A DNA stretch of 64,000 bases from an uncultured Gemmatimonadales bacterium (GTDB taxonomy: Bacteria > Gemmatimonadota > Gemmatimonadetes > Gemmatimonadales > GWC2-71-9), in contig CAWCMH010000001.1 in the NCBI GenBank assembly GCA_963796635.1, forward strand, positions 11,709-75,708, written 5' to 3'. The notes beneath the pieces were generated by a model, which made no database searches, had not been told where the DNA came from, and saw nothing but the letters and a program-made list of their open reading frames with translations. This document shows positions 57,670-64,000 of the stretch, in pieces. The position numbers were made by a program, and so were the translations under genes. Each line of letters opens with the position of its first letter. Position 1 is the first letter of the stretch.

Positions 57670-58824
57670 CTATTCCACCCGCAACACCGCCCCCTTCAAA
57701 TATCCCGTCTCCGGAATGGTCAGCACTTCCGGATGATCGATGCCCTGGCCGAGCACGCGGCGCAGGACGACGCGCCGGCCGCTCGCGGCCGCGGCGCGCG
57801 ACAGCATGGTCATGAAATCGGCGCGGTCGACATGGAAGGAGCAGCTGGCCGTCAGCAGCCACCCGCCCGGGGCCACCAGCTGGAGCGCCCGCCGGTTGAG
57901 CTCGTGGTAGCCGCGCAGCGCCGCCGGCACGCTCGACTTGTTCTTGGCAAAGGCGGGCGGATCGACCACCACGACATCGAACCGGTCGCCGGCGCGACCC
58001 CATTGGGGCAGCAGATCGAAGGCGTCGCCCGCGACCCAGTCGATGTTGGTCAGCCGGTTGAGTTCGGCGTTGGTTCGGCCGCGCGCCAGTGCCTCGTCGC
58101 TCGCGTCGAGGGCGATGACGTGCGCGGCTCGTTCGGCGAGGTGCAGCGCAAACGAGCCGTGATACGCGAAGCAGTCGAGCGCGCGGCCACCCGGCGGTAC
58201 CAGTGATGCGGCCAGCAGGCGGTTGTCTCGCTGGTCGAGGAAGGCGCCGGTCTTCTGGCCGGTCCACGGTGCGGCATACCATCGTACCGCGGCCTCGCGC
58301 ACCTCGATCTGCTGCGGCACGTCCCCCATCGCGAGTTCGATGCGCTCGTCCAGGCCTTCGCGGCGGCGAGTGGCGACGTCGTGGCGCAGCAGGATTCCCT
58401 CGGGAGCGAACACGCTGACCAACGCGTCGATGACCGTCGACCGTTCGGTTTCGAGCGCTGCCGACAGCAGCTGGACGACCAGCCAGCGATCATACCGGTC
58501 AACGATCAGGGCGGGCAGGCCGTCGCCTTCGGCATGGACCGCACGCCAGGCGGTGGCGTCGATGCCGGCCCGGCGATCGCGGCACGCCTCGAGCCGTTGT
58601 CGCCACCAGTCACCATCGATCGGGACATCGCGACGTTCGAGGAGACGGAGGCGGATCTCCGAGCGCGGGGAGCAGAGCGCCTGCCCGAGAAACCGGCCGC
58701 GCGAGTCGCGCACGGCGACGATGCCGGGCGCATCCGGATGTTCGATCACGTCGCTGCGGTAGATCCACGGATGGCCGTGGTCCCAGCGGGCGGCGCCGCG
58801 CGGCGACACAATGGCGGGAGTCAT
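57670..58824 (-). CDS. class I SAM-dependent rRNA (cytosine-C5) methyltransferase, RlmI/YwbD-like (PUA-like N-domain)
   Basis: MTPAIVSPRGAARWDHGHPWIYRSDV...GLPALIVDRYDRWLVVQ...QKTGAFLDQRDNR...DCFAYHGSFAL...VVVDPPAFAK. The listed 563-aa ORF is an upstream extension over thiE. Confidence 0.8.
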   Translation of the reverse strand: MTPAIVSPRGAARWDHGHPWIYRSDVIEHPDAPGIVAVRDSRGRFLGQALCSPRSEIRLRLLERRDVPIDGDWWRQRLEACRDRRAGIDATAWRAVHAEGDGLPALIVDRYDRWLVVQLLSAALETERSTVIDALVSVFAPEGILLRHDVATRRREGLDERIELAMGDVPQQIEVREAAVRWYAAPWTGQKTGAFLDQRDNRLLAASLVPPGGRALDCFAYHGSFALHLAERAAHVIALDASDEALARGRTNAELNRLTNIDWVAGDAFDLLPQWGRAGDRFDVVVVDPPAFAKNKSSVPAALRGYHELNRRALQLVAPGGWLLTASCSFHVDRADFMTMLSRAAAASGRRVVLRRVLGQGIDHPEVLTIPETGYLKGAVLRVE

Positions 58825-58893
58825 GTCGGCGGAACAGGCGGCATTGGCAGAATCTAACGGCCGACTGGCCGGTATATTCGGCGAGACTCCGGG

Positions 58894-59519
58894 ATGACCG
58901 ACGCTCAACTTCGCGCCGCGCTGCGGCTGCTGCTGATTACCGACGATGCGATGCTCGGACACCGCGACATCGTCGACGTGTGCGTTGCCGCCGTGCGCGG
59001 CGGCGTCACCGCGGTGCAGCTGCGCCGCAAGGATGCCCGCGACGCGGAGCTGGTCGCGACCGCCCGGCGGCTCGTCGCCACGCTGAGTGTTCCCGTATTC
59101 GTGAACGACCGCACCGATATCGCATGGCGGCGGGCGCCGCCGGCGTGCACCTGGGGCCCGAGGATCTGCATCCTGCGTTGGCGCGGCGGATCGTGCCAGC
59201 CGGTTTCGTGATCGGTGCGTCGGTCGGTGGCGCCGTGGAAGTCGAACGCGGTGCCGCGGCCGACTATTGGGGCATCGGCCCGTTGCATGCCAGCACTTCC
59301 AAACGCGATGCCGGTCCCGCGCTCGGCATGAGCGGCGCGGCCCATTGGCTGGCGCAGGCAAACGGTCGGCCGTGCGTCGTGGTGGGCGGTGTGGTGCCAG
59401 GCGATGTCGGCGACGTCGTTGCGGCGGGTTTCGCCGGCGTGGCGGTGATCAGCGGGATCTTGCGCAGCGATGATATCGAGGCGGCGGCGCGAAAATACAG
59501 CGGGCCGGCTCGCGGTTGA
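58894..59519 (+). pseudogene. thiE: thiamine-phosphate synthase, one frame change (about 59124)
   Basis: LLLITDD...AAVRGGVTAVQLRRKD...VPVFVNDRTDIA. Then (frame of ORF 58980..59519) AAGAAGVHLGPEDL...IGASV...YWGIGPLHASTSK...VVVGGV...GVAVISGI. Confidence 0.8.
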
Positions 59520-59526
59520 TGCCCTG

Positions 59527-59908
59527 TCATCCCGAGCGCAGCGAGGGATCACTGCCCGCGCGCGCAGGGGCGCAAGCCCCTTCGCGGTGCCGAGCCGCGG
59601 CCTTGGCCGCGCCGGCCACGCGCGTGCCTGACTCGCCGCGCGACGCCGAGGCCCTTCGACTCCGCGCCGGCCACGCGCGTGCCTGATTCGCCGCGCGACG
59701 CCGAGGCCCTTCGACTCCGCCGCGGCTGCGCCGCTGCTTCGCTCAGGGTGACAACGCCCTTGATCCCTCGCTGCGCTCGGGCCAGGATCCCTCGCTGCGC
59801 TCGGGCCTAGGATCCCTCGCTGCGCTCGGGCCTAGGATCCCTCGCTGCGCTCGGGCCAGGATCCCTCGCTGCGCTCGGGCCTAGGATCCCTCGCTGCGCT
59901 CGGGATGA
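59527..59908. repeat. composite REP/MITE-like element. 24-bp terminal inverted repeats TCATCCCGAGCGCAGCGAGGGATC bracket a 57-bp direct duplication. Six tandem 24/25-bp copies of GATCCCTCGCTGCGCTCGGGCC(T)AG occupy 59762..59908.
   Basis: Read directly. Tandem units at 59762, 59786, 59811, 59836, 59860 and 59885. The duplication is GCCGGCCACGCGCGTGCCTGA(C/T)TCGCCGCGCGACGCCGAGGCCCTTCGACTCCGC x2 (about 59624-59738). Confidence 0.85.
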
Positions 59909-59941
59909 GGTACCGTCCTCGCTTTGCGAGGACGGTACCTC
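59907..59941. terminator. perfect 15-bp-arm hairpin GAGGTACCGTCCTCG-CTTTG-CGAGGACGGTACCTC overlapping the mltG stop; possible terminator between convergent thiE and mltG
   Basis: Read directly. No clear U-tract, so function is uncertain. Confidence 0.4.
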
Positions 59942-60893
59942 ACATTTGCTCGCGCAGCCTCCGGATGTTGCGCAACTGTTCGGCGTATGTCGTGGCGAAC
60001 ACGCTCTTGCCGTTGGGCGCTGCGACGAAATAGAGGTACGGCACCGCGGCCGGGTGCAGTACCGCGATGATCGCGGCGCGTGATGGATTGCCCACCGGTC
60101 CGGGCGGCAGGCCGGGATGCAGATAGGTGTTCCACGGCGACCGGTGGAGATAGTCGACATCGTACAGCCGCCCCTTTCGGACACCGGTCTCGATCAGGTA
60201 GGCGTACTCCACGGTCGGGTCGGCCTGCAGCGGCATGTGCAGCCGCAGCCGGTTGCGATAGACGGCGGCGATCAGGGGCAACTCGCTGGAATCGGGCGCT
60301 TCGGCCTGCACGATGCTCGCGAGCGTGAGCAGCGATTCACGGTCGAGATGCTGTGCCTGGGCGAGCGAATCCCACGTCGGGTCCCAGCGCTTGAGCCGGG
60401 CCGTCACGAATCGGGTGACGATCTGGTGGGGCGTGTCGAATCCGCCGAAATCGAAGCTTTCGGGAAGCAGCCATCCTTCGACGCTCGGGCCCGTGGCGTG
60501 GACCGTGTCACGCAGCGTGGAGTCGCGTGCGGCCGCCAGCATCTGCTGCACGGGAATGCCGAGCCGGTGCTGGACGTTGCGGGCGAGATCGAAAATGGTG
60601 CCGCCGGGCGGCACCGTGATGCGGAAGTGGAGCGCGTCGCCTGCCTTGAGCGCGCGCAGCACCCGGAACGTGCTGGCCCCGCGATGAAACTGATAGATAC
60701 CGGCGTGCAGTCGGTGATCGGCGTGTTCCCAGCGGGCCACCCAGGTGAACATCGTGCGCGACCAGATGACGTGATGTGCGGCGAGCGAATCGGCGGCGGC
60801 CTGGACGCCGGTGCCCGGCGGAATCGGCACGCGTTCGACGGTGCCCGATCCGCACGCGGCGAGCAGCATTGCCGCCGCCGCGATGCGCTTCAC
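59940..60893 (-). CDS. mltG: endolytic murein transglycosylase MltG (YceG family)
   Basis: VKRIAAAAMLLAACGSG anchor. LASIVQAEA...SPWNTYLHPGLPPGPVGNPSRAAI...YLYFVA..NGKSVFATTYAEQ. The GTG 60893 start overlaps the ruvX stop (GTGA). Confidence 0.8.
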   Translation of the reverse strand: MKRIAAAAMLLAACGSGTVERVPIPPGTGVQAAADSLAAHHVIWSRTMFTWVARWEHADHRLHAGIYQFHRGASTFRVLRALKAGDALHFRITVPPGGTIFDLARNVQHRLGIPVQQMLAAARDSTLRDTVHATGPSVEGWLLPESFDFGGFDTPHQIVTRFVTARLKRWDPTWDSLAQAQHLDRESLLTLASIVQAEAPDSSELPLIAAVYRNRLRLHMPLQADPTVEYAYLIETGVRKGRLYDVDYLHRSPWNTYLHPGLPPGPVGNPSRAAIIAVLHPAAVPYLYFVAAPNGKSVFATTYAEQLRNIRRLREQM

Positions 60894-61327
60894 GCCGGAT
60901 GATCCGGATGCCGCCGATCGAGCCACTGCTGCAGGATTTCGGCGGCGGCGAGCGCATCGACGTTCGCGTCACGCGTCGTGCGCCCGGACAGTCGCAGCGA
61001 TTCCAGCGTGCGCGCGGTCGTGAAGCTTTCATCGATCCAGTCGAGCGGCAGGCCGGCGCGCGCCGCGACAGCGCGTCCCATTTCACGTGCCGCGATCGCC
61101 GCGGGCCCTTCGAGTCCGTCATCGCCGAGGGGGACGCCCACGACGATGCCGACGGGAGCGTGCGTCTCGATCAACGTGAGCAGGCGTTGCAGCGGCAACC
61201 GGTGTCCGGTGCGGCGGGCGAGGGTATCGAGCGCGCGCGCCACCAGCTGGGTTTCGTCGCTGAGTGCCACGCCGATGCGGCGGGTGCCCCAGTCGAGGCC
61301 GAGGACGCGGCCGGAGGGGGGGATCAT
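60890..61327 (-). CDS. ruvX: Holliday-junction resolvase-like nuclease RuvX (YqgF)
   Basis: RVLGLDWGTRRIGVALSD...IVVGVPL..DG...DESFTT..A. Confidence 0.85.
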   Translation of the reverse strand: MIPPSGRVLGLDWGTRRIGVALSDETQLVARALDTLARRTGHRLPLQRLLTLIETHAPVGIVVGVPLGDDGLEGPAAIAAREMGRAVAARAGLPLDWIDESFTTARTLESLRLSGRTTRDANVDALAAAEILQQWLDRRHPDHPA

Positions 61328-61386
61328 CGCGCGGCGCCGCCGGGACGAAACGTGGGGGCGCAGCAGGGGCGAAAGATCTTTCGCCC

Positions 61387-62673
61387 CTACTGCGCCATCG
61401 TCGCGAAGAATTCCTTGTTGGTCTTGGTGCGCTTCATGCGCTCGAGGAGGAATTCCATCGCCTCGACGACGGGCATGTCGGCCAGGAAGTTGCGCAGCAG
61501 GTAGACGCGGTTGAGCTCGTCCTTGTCGAGCAGCAGTTCTTCCTTGCGGGTGCCCGACTTGTTGATGTCGATCGCGGGGAAGATGCGCCGGTCGGCGAGG
61601 CGCCGGTCGAGCACGAGTTCGGCGTTGCCGGTGCCCTTGAATTCCTCGAAGATCACCTCATCCATGCGCGAGCCGGTATCGATCAGCGCGGTCGCCACGA
61701 TGGTGAGCGAGCCGCCGCCATCGATGTTGCGCGCGGCGCCGAAGAAGCGCTTGGGCTTTTGCAGCGCGTTGGCGTCGACGCCGCCGGACAGGATCTTGCC
61801 CGAATGCGGCACTACCACGTTGTGGGCGCGCGCAAGGCGGGTGATCGAATCGAGCAGGATGATCACGTCGCGACCGTGCTCGACCAGTCGGCGCGCCTTC
61901 TCGATCACCATGTCGGCCACCTGCACGTGACGGTCGGCCGGTTCGTCGAACGTCGACGCGATCACTTCGGCGGCGACGTTCTCCTGCATGTCGGTGACTT
62001 CTTCCGGGCGCTCGTCGATCAGCAGCACGATGAGGTAGCACTCGGGGTGGTTCTCGGTGATCGCGTTGGCCAGCTTCTGCAGCAGGATGGTCTTGCCGGC
62101 CTTGGGCGGTGCCACAATCAGGCCGCGCTGCCCCTTGCCGATCGGCGACATCAGGTCGACGACGCGCATCGACAGATCGTTGTCCTTGCGCTCGAGGCGG
62201 ATGCGCTGATCGGGATAGCGCGGCTTGAGGTTGTCGAAGGCGATCCGGCTCTTGGTCTTGTCGGGTTCCTCGTAGTTGACGCTCTCGACCTTGAGCAGGG
62301 CGAGGTAGCGCTCGCCTTCCTTGGGTGGGCGCACCTGCCCCATGACGGTGTCACCCGTGCGCAGATCGAAGCGCTTGATCTGCGACGGCGAGACGTAGAT
62401 GTCGTCGGGGCCGTAGAGGTAATTCCAGTCCTGCGAGCGCAGGAACCCGTAACCCTCGGGCAGGATCTCCAGCACGCCTTCGCCGCGGATGACGGTATCC
62501 TTGTCGAGCAGCGACTGCTCGATGCGGAAAATCAGGTCCTGCTTGCGGAGCCCCGAATAGTTGGTGATGTTGAGCTCGCCGGCGAGTGCATTGAGCTCCG
62601 CCACCGATTTCTGCTTGAGTTCCGCGATATCCACCGGATGCTCCGAGTGGAGTGACTCTGCACGTGAGGTCAT
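61387..62673 (-). CDS. rho: transcription termination factor Rho
   Basis: [27 protein letters not shown] (N-terminal domain). GFLRS...[16 protein letters not shown] (RNA-binding). [15 protein letters not shown] Walker [23 protein letters not shown]. Start taken at MTSRAES (62673). Confidence 0.92.
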   Translation of the reverse strand: MTSRAESLHSEHPVDIAELKQKSVAELNALAGELNITNYSGLRKQDLIFRIEQSLLDKDTVIRGEGVLEILPEGYGFLRSQDWNYLYGPDDIYVSPSQIKRFDLRTGDTVMGQVRPPKEGERYLALLKVESVNYEEPDKTKSRIAFDNLKPRYPDQRIRLERKDNDLSMRVVDLMSPIGKGQRGLIVAPPKAGKTILLQKLANAITENHPECYLIVLLIDERPEEVTDMQENVAAEVIASTFDEPADRHVQVADMVIEKARRLVEHGRDVIILLDSITRLARAHNVVVPHSGKILSGGVDANALQKPKRFFGAARNIDGGGSLTIVATALIDTGSRMDEVIFEEFKGTGNAELVLDRRLADRRIFPAIDINKSGTRKEELLLDKDELNRVYLLRNFLADMPVVEAMEFLLERMKRTKTNKEFFATMAQ

Positions 62674-62829
62674 GAGAGGCCCGGATGCTGATGCGGCTGA
62701 GGTGGATGAACGAGCGTGTCTGGCGTAGGGGACTCGCGCGGTGTGCGCGGCAAGAGCGAGTGGATGGCGTGCCGGGGTTCGGGCAACAGGTGACAATAGG
62801 GCCAGTGACGCGCGGCGTCAAGCGGTGCG

Positions 62830-63966
62830 ATGGCTGAGCCGGGCGATTTCTACGCGACCTGGCGCCAGGTCAGCCTGGTGGGCGACCGCGAGGTCCAGGA
62901 TGGCGTGATCAAGGTGGAACACCAGGGCCCCAGCGAGGCGCTCCGGGATTTCCTGCGCCAGTGGCCCGGGGCCTGGTACTGGGGCGACAACGCGGCCACG
63001 CGGCTGGTGCTGATTCGTGGCACCGCCAAGGCCCGGCCCGAACGGTGGCTCTGGCACGGCGCGCTGCTGCTGCTGTTCATCGTCTGCACGATGGGGGCCG
63101 GGGCCATCGTGGAAGGGCGCCTGCGTCCGGCGGTCTATCCCGGCCTCGGTGGCGCGGTGACCGGGATGATCGAGTTCGGCAACTTCGTCGTGCAGGGCGG
63201 CTGGCGGGTCCTGCTCAGTGGCTGGGCGTTTGCCGGCCCCCTCCTGGGAATTCTGCTGATTCACGAGCTGGGACACTATTTCGCCGCGCGGAGTTATGCG
63301 ATCGACGTGTCCCCGCCGTATTTCATTCCGGTCCCGCCCAACCTGTCGCCGATCGGCGGACTGGGCGCCTTCATCCGGTTGCGCAGCGCGGTCTACGATC
63401 GCCGGCAACTGCTCGATGTCGGCGCCTCGGGGCCGCTCGCCGGCTTTGTCGTCGCGATCGGCGTGCTGCTGTGGGGCTATCAACTGTCGCATCGCGTCAG
63501 CACCGGGCTGGTCGGGTCGCCGTCGTTCATCATGTTCGGCACCCGACCCGTGCTGCTCGGCGACTCGCTCGTCGGCCACCTGCTGCGCGACTGGCTCATT
63601 CCCGGTCAAGGCGCCGTGCTGCTGGCGCCCCAGGCGTTCGCCGGCTGGGTCGGACTGTTCATCACCGGACTGAACCTGCTGCCGCTATCGCAGCTCGATG
63701 GCGGCCACGTGTTGTACGGACTCGCGGGCGCCCGGCAACGATGGGTGGCCGTGGCCATCGCTGCGGGATTGCTCTTTCTCGGCACGCGCGCGCCGATGTG
63801 GTTTCTCTGGGCCGGGCTCACATTTGCGATCGGCGGCGGCAAGTGGAGTCATCCGGAGGTCGTGATTCCCGATCGACCGGTGACGCGCGGCGGATGGCTG
63901 ATCGGTGCGGCTTGCATCATCGTGCTGATTCTGACGTTCGTGCCAGTACCTTTTCCTGGTGCATGA
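62830..63966 (+). CDS. M50-family (site-2 protease-like) membrane metalloprotease
   Basis: IHELGHYFAAR (HExxH). GLNLLPLSQLDGGHV (second metal-ligand motif). Multiple TM helices. Confidence 0.8.
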   Translation: MAEPGDFYATWRQVSLVGDREVQDGVIKVEHQGPSEALRDFLRQWPGAWYWGDNAATRLVLIRGTAKARPERWLWHGALLLLFIVCTMGAGAIVEGRLRPAVYPGLGGAVTGMIEFGNFVVQGGWRVLLSGWAFAGPLLGILLIHELGHYFAARSYAIDVSPPYFIPVPPNLSPIGGLGAFIRLRSAVYDRRQLLDVGASGPLAGFVVAIGVLLWGYQLSHRVSTGLVGSPSFIMFGTRPVLLGDSLVGHLLRDWLIPGQGAVLLAPQAFAGWVGLFITGLNLLPLSQLDGGHVLYGLAGARQRWVAVAIAAGLLFLGTRAPMWFLWAGLTFAIGGGKWSHPEVVIPDRPVTRGGWLIGAACIIVLILTFVPVPFPGA

Positions 63967-63975
63967 GGAGCCGAC

Positions 63976-64000
63976 ATGAGTGATGCCATTCCGGAACGGG
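63976..64000 (+). CDS. 5' end of an unidentified gene (MSDAIPER...), truncated by the window edge
   Basis: ATG 63976 preceded by GAGGAG. Only 8 codons are visible. Confidence 0.2.

Noticed and set aside
1460-59519. Programmed ribosomal frameshifting or recoding as the explanation of the frame changes
   Set aside because: There are no slippery heptamers or downstream pseudoknots at the sites inspected. Shifts go in both directions, often several per gene, including in genes never known to be recoded (tyrS, PBP1A).
59762-59908. Possible CRISPR array (six 24/25-bp direct repeats)
   Set aside because: The units are strictly head-to-tail with no spacers, and no cas genes are nearby. The unit equals the REP-like motif seen elsewhere.
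1-64000. tRNA, rRNA, tmRNA, RNase P, SRP RNA, transposase, integrase or phage genes
   Set aside because: By-eye search for T-loop-like GGTTCGA contexts found only coding-region matches (for example about 6490 and 36190). No long non-coding stretch has rRNA character. No DDE or tyrosine-recombinase-like ORFs were seen. A proper tRNAscan/Infernal run would be needed to be certain.

Overview
High-GC bacterial chromosomal window. Most 60-nt lines I counted are about 65-73% G+C. The gene content suggests a soil Gemmatimonadota/Acidobacteriota-like organism, but that is inference only. That content includes an exosortase/PEP-CTERM system, a CarboxypepD_reg-type TonB-like receptor, two sigma-54 activators and REP-like CATCCCGAGCG.AGCGAGGGAT elements.

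Layout:
(i) 1-6.95 kb: a repeat lipoprotein, tyrS, a class A PBP, an amidohydrolase and an HNH protein.
(ii) 6.9-17.2 kb: a translationally coupled operon encoding a histidine kinase, a sigma-54 activator, a bactofilin-like/Omp85-like outer-membrane protein and a DUF4390-like protein. It is divergent from a TonB-like receptor operon that carries a good -24/-12 promoter.
(iii) 18.5-50.5 kb: an exosortase/PEP-CTERM exopolysaccharide island. It holds an ExoA-like GT2, one PEP-CTERM protein, a ~1670-aa S8 protease with 10-11 tandem 105-aa repeats, an AlkP-like protein, an acetyltransferase, a lyase-like lipoprotein, a Wzy-like ligase, three GT4s, EpsI, exosortase, a priming sugar transferase, Wza-like and Wzc-like proteins, a PrsR-like sigma-54 activator with a soluble kinase, an AlgD-like dehydrogenase and WecB.
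(iv) 50.5-64 kb: housekeeping genes (NYN-LOTUS protein, mpg, OMP, kbl-tdh, an H1-like mini-protein, a methyltransferase-like gene, an rlmI-like gene, thiE, mltG, ruvX, rho, an M50 protease).

I saw no rRNA, tRNA, CRISPR array, transposase or integrase.

Key hunt results:
- A coherent set of sigma-54 promoters sits exactly in front of the PEP-CTERM gene, the wza-exosortase operon, the GT4-wecB operon and the TonB-like operon.
- A ~140-nt 5' leader is duplicated in front of two paralogous small lipoprotein genes. It is more conserved than the coding sequence and has compensatory changes in GNRA-capped hairpins.
- The HK/EBP/bactofilin-Omp85/DUF4390-like operon is unusual.
- Repeat families include a 315-bp tandem coding repeat, 24/25-bp tandem REP-like units and heptamer GTTAGSN arrays.
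- About 16 genes carry about 40 indel-type frame interruptions in total. These cluster strongly in accessory and low-GC genes, so the cause is either assembly error or recent decay.

Coordinates of frame changes are approximate (+/- 10 nt). All homology statements come from reading the translations, not from database searches.
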